A DNA stretch of 64,000 nucleotides. It comes from Balanoglossus misakiensis. Taxonomy: Eukaryota; Animalia; Hemichordata. Shown in pieces: positions 38,366 to 51,529 of the stretch. How positions within the stretch are numbered: the first letter of the stretch is position 1; every line of letters begins with the position of its first letter. A model generated the notes under the pieces. It saw only the letters and a program-made list of their open reading frames with translations, did not search any database and was not told the origin of the DNA. The translations under genes and the position numbers were made by a program. Location of the stretch: positions 5,709,244 to 5,773,243 of the forward strand of contig CM082597.2 of assembly GCA_040954595.2 (NCBI GenBank), written 5' to 3'.

Positions 38366-41300
38366 ATGGACGGACACAGCATTGTTGTTTACGGTCACTG
38401 TCAGCACTGTACACCTGCAGGTAATAATACACCTCATTTTTGGCCACTTTTTAACCATTTAAAATTTTAGTGGCGCCTAAACAAAGGCAGAAATTTGCCT
38501 TTTCAAGAACCGGTGGCGCTTATTCATGGTTCGCCCTGTATACTGTACCCTGTTGATTCATATGCAAATGACTTTAGGACATTCCAATCAGTGTTCTCGT
38601 AAGGGGGTGTCCGCAGTGAATGAATGGCTGTTTCAAATTCATATGTAAAGTTTTAACATTTTCTGTTCAAATACAGTCAGTTCAATGTATTGTCTAATAA
38701 ATATTCCAGAAATAAAAAGTTGTCAACGAAGTGAATACTACGAGCAGCATTACAGTATGCTGGCTGAACCATCAACAAAATCTACTGACGTATAGTGGTT
38801 TAGTCCAAGTGCGTCTTTGTCATCATGCTCTCACACACGTAAGGTTGCGTGAATATTCACGAGAAAATTAATACCGCAAACATTCAAAACTTGAAACTAG
38901 TCCTATTATTTCAACGCCCTGGCCATATGGTCAAACTTGGGTGGTAGTGCCGGTAACGTAAGCGGCTGCCGATCGATCGACAGGAAAAAGACGAGTGTCT
39001 AGACGCCCGGCACCTGTGTCTTTTGCAGTGAATAATAATTTACATAAATTAGGAGGTTGACATGTGCCCGATTTCATCTTGTAAATAAATAGCACATCAG
39101 CCCAAAGCATGCATTGTCTGCTCAGGTCAATTATTATTCACGCAGCAAGCCCCGTTGATTTTGACAAGACCCCTAAACAGGTGTTACCTCGGTAGTACTT
39201 GCCATATGATTCACGTACGTCCACACACCTAAAAAAAAAAAATTCCTGGCGCTTAATTTTAAGTAAAAAGTAGCAAAGTCAGGTATCACTGGCGCCTAAT
39301 CATGGGTGGCGCTTAATTGCAAGAATATACGGTACTTACTATAAAATAACCTCAGTTTGTGTGAAAGAGTGTTATCCAAGCTTTGCAAGGATGAGCCATT
39401 TCCCAGACGATGATGTGTGTGTATGTGTGTGTGTTTATATGTACATGTGTAACTTATATTCTAAAGATTAATCCACATACAGTATACTAGTATATTAACA
39501 GCGAGACTTGCTAAGATACTTTATTTCTTCATAGATTGGTGCCCCTTTTTCCAACTATATTCAGAAAGTTTGTCATACGTTCCAAAATAACCAATTCATC
39601 TGAACTTTTGGTTGTGTATTACTTACTACAAGTACAACACCAACTGAATATTGATGATGAAAGGGTTATTATTTAGTAAACTTATACATGTACTTATTAT
39701 TCTGAGCATATGCAGGAATGATGTAAACATTCTAACCTTAGTTTGTTTTTTTTCATCAGAGTGTTCAGAACTATGTGAATTACTGCGAACGTCAAACAGG
39801 ATAGATGAGCTCAGCTGGATGTTCGAAACATCAAGTGATGCTTTGAGGCAGCGGTTTGAAAATAATAACTTGTCTATCTGTGGTAAGTAAAACTGAAAAA
39901 TCCCAAAGCAGCAGCATCAGGAACCTTAGAATCTTCAGTGAAATAATGCAGTATCTGATGGAGGACTTGGTATCTGTTGATCTGGATTCAGTGTTCCCCC
40001 CCCCCAAAAAAAAAAAATTAAAGCATGGTGACCACCACCTTTTTAATTGTGAGAAGACAATAGAGCGTAATTAACATAACAATTGTTTATATGGTTATGT
40101 AAATTAGCCTCCAGGCTAGAAAACTCAGCAGTAACACTTGGTGGAGATGCTAGCAATAAACTATTCAGCTATTGATTGATCTATCCTTCTATCGAATTTA
40201 TAGATTGACCATTTGATCTATGTGTCTCTCTGTTGATTTGATATTTTATCTGTAAATTCGTTGATACATTATCATTTAGGAAACATGACTATATTATCAG
40301 TTTTTTATTGGTTAGAAAAAATGTTTATGGCAAGTAACACATTCAAGTACATGTATTCCATTTTGTAGATTTTGTTATTCATGTGTGACATGGTACCCGG
40401 TCAATGACGACATTGTTCTCTATGTGTTTGTGTCTGTATGTTGATATACTCTGATCATGTAAGAACGAACTTGTGACTCGTCCTATGTTGGTGCAAAAAG
40501 TCCGGGTTCAAATAATGTAAAATACCAGTCCAATTTGAATGTGGATGTAGATAAATTATCATGCATCATGTTCTTTTCTTCTGCTAGATGTGTTGCTGAT
40601 TGTTCAAATGATGGTCCAACATGGTCATATTACAGTGGAAGAGAGTTCCTTACATGAACATGTCACTGGAGATAGTGAGCAAGAACGCCGACAGACAGAG
40701 CAGCAGCAGCATACATTGTGGGGTGACGCAGTTGTGAAGAACTCAAAACCTGAACGATCTGAGGAACTTTACTCTGCCAGAAGACAACATGAATCATTAA
40801 AGGCACAATCATGCATAGCTGAGGAAAACAGCATTGATCAACTCAGGCATTATCAACATACTAGTACACATTCACATGAAAATGACGAAAGACCATTTGT
40901 TTGCAAAGAATGTGGTGAAACCTTCGTGTATGGTTTCCGTGTTAACCATCACATGAGGAAACATAAAAAGGAAAGACAGTTTGCGTGCAGTGAGTGCGGT
41001 AAAACTTTCAAACAAAGAAGATATTGGAAAAAACACATGAGTGTTCATTCAGTCGAAAGACCGTTTGCGTGCAGTGAATGTGGCAAAACTTTTAAAACGA
41101 CTTGGGAAGCCAAGAAACACATGAAGACCCATTCCAACGAAACCCCGCATGCCTGCATTGAGTGCGGTGAAACTTTCAAACAAAGAGGATATCTGAAACA
41201 ACACATGACTGTTCACTCCAGCGAACGACCATTTGCGTGCGGTGAATGCGATAAAACGTTTTCACGTAGTGGTCATCTGAAGAGACACATGGTGGTGCAT

Positions 41301-42071
41301 TCGGATGAACGACGATATCCTTGTAGTGAGTGTGATAAGACATTTAAAACGGGAGTTAACCTGAGACAACACAGAAAGATACACTCCACTAAAAGCCCGT
41401 TTTCGTGTAGTGAGTGTGGTAAGACATTTAAAACGGGAGTTAACCTGAGACAACACAGAAAGATACACTCCACTAAAAGCCCGTTTTCGTGTAGTGAGTG
41501 TGGTAAGACATTTAAAACGGGAGTTAACCTGAGACAACACAGAAAGATACACTCCACTAAAAGCCCGTTTTCGTGCAATGAATGTGGTAGAACTTTTAAA
41601 CGGAGTGACGAGCTGAAGAGGCATGTGGGAATCCACTCCAACGATAGACCATTTCCATGCGATGAATGCGGCAAACGTTTTAAACGGAGTAGCGCTCTAA
41701 AGGTACACATGAAGATCCACTCAAATGAAAGACCCTTTGCGTGCAGCGAATGCAGTAAATCTTTCAAATGCAGACCCGACCTGAAGCAACACATGACTAC
41801 CCACTCTGACGAAAGACCATTTCCATGCAATGAATGCGGCAAACGTTTTAAACGGAGTAAAGCTCTAAAAAAACACATGAAGATCCACTCAGACGTGAGA
41901 CCCTTTGCCTGCAGTGAATGCGGTCAGACATTCAGAGAAAATGACACTCTGAAGGATCACACGAGGATCCACCGAAATGAAAGACCTTATCTGTGCAACG
42001 AATGTGGTAAAACGTTTAGATATAGCAGCAATTTGAGAACACATATAAAGTCGCACTCAAAGAACATTTGA
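38366..42071 (+). CDS. C2H2 zinc-finger protein paralogue 1 (14 fingers, ~553 aa)
   Basis: Exons 38366-38420 (gaaATGg; MDGHSIVVYGHCQHCTPA), 39760-39882 (ECSELCELLRTSNRIDEL...) and 40588-42071, which carries 14 CxxC-x12-HxxxH fingers with HSNERPF-type linkers. Phases 1/1 are consistent. The first exon is inferred. Confidence 0.88.
38443..39332 (+). mobile_element. Non-autonomous TcMar/pogo-like element, left end deleted
   Basis: Right end GGCGCTTAATTGCAAGAATATACGG|TA. The body matches 52827-53752. The left TIR is missing and the element joins the intron at a GCCA microhomology. Confidence 0.8.
41322..41573 (+). repeat. 3 x 84-bp near-identical zinc-finger repeat
   Basis: Units start at 41322, 41406 and 41490, each encoding CSEC(D/G)KTFKTGVNLRQHRKIHSTKSPFS. 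Confidence 0.95.
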
Positions 42072-42411
42072 CCATTTGTGTTTAGAGTGAGAAATCTCCT
42101 GCGGGAACACACAAAGATCCACTGACTCAGATGAAAGACCATTTTCATGCAATGAATGGGGCAAAAGTTTAAAATACTCTCACCCCCCCCCCCCCCTGTG
42201 CTCTTTAATATGGGAATTAGTTTGTCAGCCAAAAGACGACACTATTGTTCATAGGGCACTTACTAGTATGGCTTTGAATCAATTATCACATGATTTAACG
42301 TGTGCCATTGTTCACTGGTCACATGACCCAATGGCTGCATGTGAATTGAAAACTAGAGAGTGAAACTATACAATGTATAATGAAAGAAATTCACACATGA
42401 TCTTGGCTTGA

Positions 42412-42759
42412 AGCCCCTATAGCTGCCAAATTTCACATATTTATTTTCCTCAATAAAATACTTCAAATATATTCCCTATCCTCTAAAATCTTCACCATTA
42501 AGCCATATTACTTGCATATCAGTTTGTCATCTCTTGGTGACGCATACCACGATAGCTGCGTACTGTTTGTATGGAGGCTGATTAAATCGGTGTGACACCG
42601 TTTTAATACATAATGTGTTCAAATTGCAACATGCAGTCACAATCGGGCATCGATAAGGAGGTGTTCATGTATACCTATCAGTAAGCTTATTAGATGGACC
42701 AATTTAAGTTGGAAAATAAAATCATGAAAATAATGCAAAAAGTGGCAGCTCTAGAGGCT
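42412..42759. mobile_element. Kolobok-like MITE copy
   Basis: Duplicate of 36067-36412 within unit B. Confidence 0.75.
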
Positions 42760-44083
42760 TTAAGCATAGCTACTCCGACTTTTTGCTTTTTGGAAAGAAA
42801 ATTATTAGTGCAATTGTATTGAAAATGTTATGTTATTGTTAATGTCCAATGTTACTATTTATAACAGTTATGAAATCATACCAGGAACATCATAGTTTCA
42901 ACCACTTTTTATCCTTATCCTACAGTTACTCTAAAACAATGTTTGCTTGTGCTAAAACTGGAATGTAGTTAACTGTATGTGCGTCACATTCGAGACATAT
43001 AAACGAGGATACTTTCATATTCTTTGTCACTTACTGTTTCCTTTCTATTTTTGGGTTCGAGAACAATAGCTGATGACGCTTGTCCATACTTACGTGTGAA
43101 CTGCTGGTAAACTGGGCGTGGCCATGTCACATGAGCAGGTCCACTGCAATAAGCTGGGACGGCTGTGACGTCAACAAGTTGGAAACAGAAGTAGTACCGA
43201 GGGTATAAATAGATCTGGTGACCATGAAACGAACAATACGCGTGAAAAAAGTGTAAAGTGTACGCTAATCACGTCGTTGATATGGCCAGACTCCCATTTC
43301 ATGTATCAATCTGCTACAGTTTTTATTGATACGAATGATTTTGTAAGTACCTTTGCTTTGGGAGGAGAGTTACATGCAACACCTGCTGCTATAGTTTATG
43401 AGACGACCATTCGCCATTACGTAACAGCCTCCCCCAGGGACCTTACTGTTGCATTCAGTGAGTATCCCTTGGATACGGTGTTGATTTATAATTTCAATGA
43501 CAATCGACTAGATATTTCAAGCCCGTCTTGCACATGACTGCCACTGTTTATTCATGTCTGTATATCACGTGGCTACTATGCTGATCTCAGTTGGGAACTG
43601 TTCGATTCTAACCCGAGCCATAGACCCTAGGCCCGAGCTCGAGAGTGGGTGGTAAAAAGAAAAGACAATGTCCCAATTGTTCCTATGCTGATTTGAAATA
43701 GACAGTGAGTATTCTGTGGATGCCACTAACCAGAAAAATAGTGAAACAACAATGGATGAAGCATTGTCTAAAATTAATCTACTGAGATACCAAATTCTTG
43801 TGTATCTCCATCGCACGGTCGTTGGCTTGACCACAGTCTCCTCAGAGTAAGACCTTGGTGGGCGACGATGGTATACAAGTATCTCATGGGTGTCTTTGTA
43901 TATTTTGTTTCCAAATCCTGATGTTTCCACTGATATTAAAGCTCCAAATAGTTGCAATCATTTTCTCTTGGTTTTCTGTATTTTTTGGTTTGTGTGGCTA
44001 CTGCAGTTTCTTTTTCGAATGTCCAATGCGTGATCAAATGTCTGATGTATCCAGCTTTTCTACACAAATTTAATATCTCTTAA

Positions 44084-44523
44084 ACCCCGGTGCGGAAAGT
44101 CCTTGGGTTCGGATTAATGTGTGTTTGTATAGTTGTTTATTTGGGAGTGGTGGTCGTGCATAATGACTGTGTAATTCCTCTCATGTACACAGAAAATAAT
44201 TGAACACTTCACACTTCCACGCTGTTGACAGCTTTTTGAATGGCGTGGTTATTGTTTCCCAGGGACGCTTCTGAAAAGCACTGAAACCAGATTTCTCCCA
44301 AAATCATCGTTGTTTCAAAAGCTCGTGTACTTTTTCGTCGATAACTTTATGTTGGGTGTGTTTATAAAGCCAACTACTGTCGTTGTGTGGTGTAATTCTT
44401 TATGCTTGGACCTGTTTGGGCCGATTTTCATAGAGCCAAGATCGTTGGTGTTGTCTGTTGTCAGTCAAACGGCATTAAGATTCGCCACTGATTTGGGGGG
44501 TCTTTTATACCCCGCACCGTGGT
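44084..44523. mobile_element. TTAA-flanked MITE
   Basis: TTAA|ACCCCGGTGCGG...CCGCACCGTGGT|TTAA; absent from the homologous position in unit A (~37920). Confidence 0.65.
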
Positions 44524-44984
44524 TTAAAACCACACACACCACGTCTGGATTCCAGACTACCGTGTGAGTTAAGTACGTCTGTACGAGGCGAATGGGTCAG
44601 AGAATTTCTGGTAATATGGCGCTCTCATTCAGAGGAAGTCGAGTTTGGCGTGGGTCAGAGGTCACGCCTGGCAAACAACAATAACGGCGGCGAGCTAGCA
44701 TCAGAATAAGAATCGAGCTAATCTACAAAACACTCTCCCCTTAGATTTCTTATACATCGCAACCTGCAATTCTTGTACGTTCTAAAACAGAACTCTGGCT
44801 CTGAGATGGCCTTCGAAAATCACGGGAAACTGTCTGAGTGGCGACAGATTCACAACTAGAAAGGTCAGGCGAAGACTAGTCTGAGTCTGATTCCGACGCT
44901 AACTTAAACTTCGCATACGCGTTATCCACGCACCGTGTTAGGTAAAGATCTTGGACTGGCAAAATTTGTATCGCTGACCCAGAA

Positions 44985-47975
44985 ATGGACGGACACAGCA
45001 TTGTTGTTTACGATCAGTTTCATTACTGTACACCTGCAGGTAATAATACACCTCATTTTTGGCCAGAAATCTATCTCTCTTTTGAGGTCTGACTTGACCT
45101 TGTAAACTGGATCTGGTTCACTAATAAGCTAATTAGTGGACACGGTCGACCATATCTCCTGGGCGATACCATTATTTTTTAGGGGGCAAGGGCAATGAGG
45201 GTGGGTTTGTATGGGTCATCGGTTAGGGTTTACTCACATTGCTACCACTCACACCGTCATTGTCACCCCTAACCCTAACTCACCCTCGCCCCCTAAAAAA
45301 TAATGGTATCGCCCAGGGGGAATAGTCGTGTTCCCTAAGTGAACCAGATCCGTAAACTGGGATTCGAATCAATTCGAAGGTTGGGTGTGCAGTGCAACTT
45401 GCTGTGTTATATGTGCTGTACTGACATGTGTCTGTACTTGAATATAACCTTTCTAGAACTTAGGACGTCAACCTGTTAGAATTTGGATGGTATGATCACC
45501 ACTGCCGTGCAGATATTAAATCAACACTGTAAAGGATGAAACACAATACAACAATTCTGTTTACTGTCTCGCTTTTATTTGTCTGACATTTTCAATGCGT
45601 CCATCTTATACTGTGTTTACTTACTATAAAATAACTTCAGTTTGTGTGAAAGAGTGTTATCCAAGCTTTGCTAGGAGGGGCCAGTGTCAGACGATGATGT
45701 GTATATGTATGTGTCACTGTATGTGTGTGTCTGTGTGTTTATATGTACATTTGTAATTTATATTCTAAAGATTAACCCACATATATATTAACAGCGAGGC
45801 TTGCTCAGATACTTTATTTCTTCGTAGATTGGTGCCCCTTTTTCCAACTATATTCAGAAAGTTTGTCATACATTCCAAAATAACCGATTCATCTGAAATT
45901 TTGGTTGTGTATTACTTACTACAAGTACAACGCAAACTGAATAGTGATGATGAAAGGGTTATTATTTAGTAAACTTATACTTATTATTCTGTGCATATGC
46001 AGGAATGAAGTAAACATTCTAACCTTAGTTTGTTTTTTTCATCAGAGTGTTCAGAACTATGTGAATTACTGCGAACGTCAAACAGGATAGATGAGCTCGG
46101 CTGGATGTTCGAAACATCAAGTGATGCTTTGAGGCAGCGGTTTGAAAATAATAACTTGTCTATTTACGGTAAGTTGAACTGGAAATCCTGTGGCAGTAGC
46201 ATCTGGTTTAGATTCTTCAGTGAAATAATGCAGCATTTGACGGAGGACTTGGTATCTGTTGATAGATTGTTGATTTACACAATCATGCTTCAATGAGTCT
46301 TTATTTTGGTAAATGCTGGTACAACTCTTGGCACATCCTCCATTTGATCTATCTATCTATCTGTTTGATATGTTATCAGTATAATTGTTGATACTTTATC
46401 AATCATTTAGGAAAAATAACTACGTTGTCAGTAAATATTTTTTATTGGTAAGAAAAATTATGACCTGTAACACCAAGTATTACGTTTCATAGTTGTAGAT
46501 TTGGTCTTCATGTTTGATTCATGACATGGTACTTTACATTGTTCTGAAAGTAATTAAATATATGTGTGTGTTTGTGTCTGAATGTTGATATAGTCTGATC
46601 GTGTAAGGGCAAACTTATGACTGGTCTTTGTTGGTGCAAAAAAACTGGTTCAAATAATATAAAATACATGTCCATGTTTGTGTCTGTATGGTGAAATACT
46701 CAGATCTTGTAAGGGCGAACTTGTGACTCTTCCTATGTTGTTGCAAAAAGTCCTGGTTCATGTGAAATACAAGTCCAATTTGAATGTGGACGTAGATTAA
46801 TTATCATGCATCATGTTCTGTATCTTCATCTGACACTTCTTTTCTTCCCACTAGATGTGTTGCTGATTGTTCAAATGATGGTCCAACATGGTCATATTAC
46901 AGTGGAAGAGAGTTCCTTACATGAACATGTCACTGGAGATAGTGAGCAAGAACGTCAACAGACAGAGCGGCAGCAGCATCCATTGTGGGGTGACGCAGTT
47001 GTGAAGAACACAAAACCTGAACGATCTGAGGATTTTTACTCTGCCGAAAGACAGCATGAATCACTAAAGGCACAATCAAGCATAGCTGAGGAAAACAGCG
47101 TTGATCAACATACTAGTACACATTCACATGAAAATGATGAAAGACCATTTGTGTGCAAAGAATGTGGTGAAATCTTTGAGTATGGTTTCTGTCTGGAACG
47201 TCACATGAGGAAACACATAAAGGAACGACAGTTTGCGTGCAGTGAGTGCGGTAAAATTTTCAAACAAAGAGGACATCGGACACAACACATGAGTGTTCAC
47301 TCCGTTGAAAGACCATTTGCGTGCGGTGAGTGCGATAAAACGTTTAAACACCGTGTCTATTTTGAAAATCATGTGAGGATACATTCGCTTGGAAGACCCT
47401 ATGCGTGTAGTAAATGCAGAAAAACATTCAGCCGGAGGAGCCATCTGGAGAGACACATGACGAGCCACTCAAACACATGCAGTGAATGCGGGAAAACGTT
47501 TGTACGTAGGGAACATCTGAAGACACACATGGCGGTGCATTCAGATGAACGACGGTATCTGTGTGATGAGTGTGGTAAGACATTTAAAACGGGAGATAAC
47601 CTGATACAACACAGAATGGTACACTCCACTGAAAGACCATTTTCGTGCAATGAATGTGGTAGCACTTTTAAACAGAGTTGCCATCTGAAGAGGCACATGG
47701 GAAACCACTCCAACGATAGACCGTTTCTATGCGATGAATGCGGCAAAGGTTTTAAGGAGCGTAGCGCCCTGAAAAAACACATGAAGATCCACTCAGACGT
47801 GAGACCCTTTGCCTGCAGTGAATGCGGTCAGACATTCAGAGAAAATGCCACTCTGAAGGATCACATGAGGATCCACCGAAATGAAAGACCTTATCTGTGC
47901 AGCGAATGTGGTAAAACGTTTAGATATAGCAGCAATTTGAGAACACATATAAAGTCGCACTCAAAGAACATTTGA
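44985..47975 (+). CDS. C2H2 zinc-finger protein paralogue 2 (10 fingers, ~432 aa)
   Basis: Exons 44985-45039, 46046-46168 and 46855-47975, with the same exon sizes (55 and 123 nt) and phases as paralogue 1. Confidence 0.88.
45109..45351. mobile_element. MITE with 7-bp TSD (hATw-like)
   Basis: TIR GGATCTGGTTCACT...AGTGAACCAGATCC, TSD GTAAACT, internal inverted arms and CCCTAA/TTAGGG motifs. Empty site in unit C at ~52480. Confidence 0.75.
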
Positions 47976-48569
47976 CCATTTGTGTTTAGAGTGAGAAATC
48001 TCCTGCGGGAACACACAAAGATCCACTGACTCAGATGAAAGACCATTTTCATGGAATGAATAGGGCAAAAGTTTAAAACAGAGTAGCAATTTAAACAAAC
48101 ACATGGCGACCACTCATCTATACTAGATGCAATAGTGTAAGACTAGCGAATATGAATAATCGGTCTCTACCGTTGATTCATTTTGGCGAGATTTTTTACT
48201 CTCATATCCTACAAATGGGATGGAAGTTGTATGTAGTCGTATGTTTAATCACTATATATCCATATGCAGAATAACATAAACAGTGTCTTGTATCACACAT
48301 AATTAATGGAAAAGGGGCAGCGAGAGAGAGAATTTGTCCCTTCAAACACTGGTTACTGAAGACACACATGAACATCTCATGTGAAAGATAATTTGCATGT
48401 ACTGAGTGAGAGCTGAAGCTGCAAATTTATTATGCAATAAAAAAGTAAAATTTGTCTCAATTTCAATGAATTTGACTTGGATCACTTACGGAACCTTCAC
48501 AGCGAAGACTCATGCCTTGTTGTTGATGAATTATGATTTTTTTTCAGCAAGAATTTTTGTCACAATTTC

Positions 48570-49311
48570 CAGGCCTCGAAAATTTTTTTCATAACCCACT
48601 TGCCATCGGGCAAGCAAATTTTCAATTTCACTTGCCCCCCAAGAAAAGTGACTTGCCCCAACCTTGCCACTGTTCCTCCCATTTCGGAAGGTAGTTTCTT
48701 TGGCGTTTGTCTGCATCGTAACGCTGATGCTTTGACCGTGCGTCACTTTCAGAAGCGCCCTCAGATTCAGAGAGGTCACGTCGTTTCTTTGAGTCAGTTG
48801 ACCCAGATGCGTTCGATGAAAAATAACGCAAGAGACTCATGGCTGTTTTTCAAATCTCTGCCACCGTCGGCTTACGAGAGTCGTAACTGAATTTATTTTG
48901 AACCATTCTAATTTGAATTTGACTAGTTAGATCGACCATTTCATTGGTTTGTCCAATAAAAATAGCAACTGCATCTAGCAATACGATTACGCGTAATTTG
49001 ACAATGCAACAAAATCTGACAGTCGCCCATCACAATATTGCTACACTGTATCATGACTTTATTGAAAAGAACTTTGAAAAAAAATCAGTGGGCTCGTGTT
49101 TTGCATTCAAGCCGATTGCCAGCTGTGATAGCGGTAAACTCAAAGAAAGTTGACATTTCTGATAGCTGGGCATTAGCCACAACATGACCACGGACTCCCT
49201 ATCGCCGACCCGTGACACTTGCCCGTCGGGCGGCAGGAATTTTGATTTTACTTGCCCGGACGTAAATTTCACTTGCCACGGGCGTCGGGCGGCGGGAATT
49301 TTCGAGCCCTG
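48570..49311 (-). mobile_element. Internally deleted hAT transposon with transposase N-terminal remnant
   Basis: TIRs CAGGCCTCGAAAATT...AATTTTCGAGCCCTG, TSD AATTTC and subterminal ACTTGCCC repeats. The minus ORF 48628-48840 (MSLLRYFSS...YDADKRQRNYLPKWEEQW) resembles the start of ZNF862-type hAT transposases. Confidence 0.75.
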
Positions 49312-49957
49312 AATTTCAATAAATTTGACATGACAAAATCTGCAAATGTCACTGCGATGAAATGATATGGGCAGTGATATTCATGCAAAAGAAATTGATC
49401 CGTGGGTATGGGGTGCCATGTGTTAACTTATTATTTAGCTATATAATTTGTTCAAAAGTCGTTATTTAACATACTTATATGTATGTAATTATAGATTTGC
49501 AAACCATTTAAGTCCTGACAATTTATTCATAAATAATTTCAAGTCGATTCAATTATATACATAAAATGTATTTTATGCTCTTTTATTTATATATAATAAT
49601 TTTTTTATAAACAATGTCAGTGTCAGTCTATTATATGCATATAATAAATGATTTGCACAATTATTTATATATAATGAATTATTTATAAATAATAAAAATG
49701 CACGCCATGTGTTAACTTATTATTTAACTATATTATTTGTTGGAAAGACATTATTTAACACAAATATATGTATATAATCATTTATTTACAAATAATATAT
49801 AATAGACATGCATTGTTATTATATATAAATAACTATGTAAATCACTCATGATATATATATATAATACACTTACATTTTTATTATTTATAAATAATTATAT
49901 ATAAATAATTATGTAAATCACTCATGATATATATATAATACACTTACATTTTTATTA

Positions 49958-50280
49958 TTTAAGCAATAAAGCACCCCCAGCCATGGTATACCACGAGATT
50001 TTGACCAGTTCACGACATATACGCACGAGCGATAGCGAGTGCGTATATGGAGTTGAACTGGTCAAAATCGAGTGGTATACCATGGCTGGGGGTGTTTTAT
50101 TGCTATTATATTATGCCAGTATATTGAAACTTTGCATAAAACATTTTAAAAAGGCATTTTCTTTGACTACGAGTTTTGCGTGCATTATGACTGTGGTATA
50201 TGGCTAATATATCACGGTCACGTGTCGTGTCTCGACCAATCAAATAGCGTGATTTACACCATCAATATACTGGTATAATA
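49958..50280. mobile_element. Hairpin repeat, Crypton-like non-autonomous element
   Basis: A ~150-bp hairpin AGCAATAAAGCACCCCCAGCCATGGTATACC...GGTATACCATGGCTGGGGGTGTTTTATTGCT with a GCGATAGC loop interrupts the AT-rich tandem array. The family assignment is from recollection of similar repeats. Confidence 0.5.
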
Positions 50281-50606
50281 TAATTATAAATAATTAATTC
50301 TATATAAATAATTATGTAAATCACTCATGATATATATATAATACACTTACATTTTTATTATTTATAAATAATTCTGTATAGATAATTTTGTAAATCACTC
50401 ATGATATATATATAATACACTTACATTTTTATTGTTTATAAATAATTTATTATATATAAATAAAAGGGCTTAAAATACATTTTATGTATATAATTGAATC
50501 GACTTGAAATTATTTATAAATAAATTGTCAGGGCTTAAATGGTTTGCAAATCTATAATTACATACATATAAGTATGTTAAATAACGACTTTTGAACAAAT
50601 AATATA

Positions 50607-51529
50607 CCATATATTCTCACAAATAAGCGCCACCCATGATTAGGCGCCAGTGATACCTGACTTTGCTACTTTTTACTTAAAATTAAGCGCCAGGAATTTT
50701 TTTTTTGAGGACGTACGTGAATCATGGCAAGTACTACCAGGTAACACCTGTTTAGGGGTCTTGTCAAAATCAACGGGGGCTTGCTGCGTGAATAATAATT
50801 GACCTGAGCAGACAATGCATGCTTTGGGCTGATGTGCTATTTATTTACAAGATGAAATCGGGCACATGTCAACCTCCTAATTTATGTAAATTATTATTCA
50901 CTGCAAAAGACACAGGTGCCGGGCGTCTAGACACTCGTCTTTTTCCTGTCGATCGATCGGCAGCCGCTTACGTTACCGGCACTACCACCCAAGTTTGACC
51001 ATATGGCCAGGGCTTGGAAATAATAGGACTAGTTTCAAGTTGTGAATGTTTGCGGTATTAATTTTCTCGTGAATATTCACGCAACCTGAGTATTCACGCA
51101 ACCTTGCCTAACCTTACTGAGAGCATGATGACAAAGACGCACTTGGACTAAACCACTATACGTCAGTAGATTTTGTTGATGGTTCAGCCAGCATACTGTA
51201 ATGCTGCTCGTAGTATTCACTTCGTTGACAACTTTTTATTTCTGGAATATTTATTAGACAATACATTGAACTGACTGTATTTGAATAGAAAATGTTAAAA
51301 CTTTACATATGAATTTGAAACAGCCATTCATTCACTGCGGACACCCCCTTACGAGAACACTGATTGGAACGTCCCAAATCATTTGCATATGAATCAACAG
51401 GGTACAGTATACAGGGCGACCCATGAATAAGCGCCACCGGTTCTTGAAAAGACTCATTTCTGCCTTTGTTTAGGCGCCACTAAAATTTGAAATGATTAAA
51501 AAATGGCGCTTATTTGTGAGAATATACGG
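50607..51529 (-). mobile_element. Non-autonomous TcMar/pogo-like element (inverted copy)
   Basis: TA|CCATATATTCTCACAAATAAGCGCC...GGCGCTTATTTGTGAGAATATACGG|TA, inserted into the right arm of the IS3EU-like element. Confidence 0.85.

Larger units (their letters stand above)
35823..48078 (+). repeat. Tandem segmental duplication (unit A 35823-42174, unit B 42171-48078); partial third unit ~51940-56850
   Basis: Colinear homology from AAAATACTCTCACCCC (35823 and 42171) through the Kolobok MITE, upstream region, introns and ZF exon to GCAAAAGTTTAAAA (42174 and 48078). Confidence 0.9.

Noticed and set aside
38366-38420. GHSIVVYGHCQHC resembles the C-terminal motif of bacterial Fur/Zur
   Set aside because: Too short, the Cys pair is not kept in paralogue 2 (YDQFHYC), and there is no other Fur similarity.
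41322-41573. CRISPR-like regular repeat
   Set aside because: Contiguous coding repeats with no spacers, in a eukaryotic gene.
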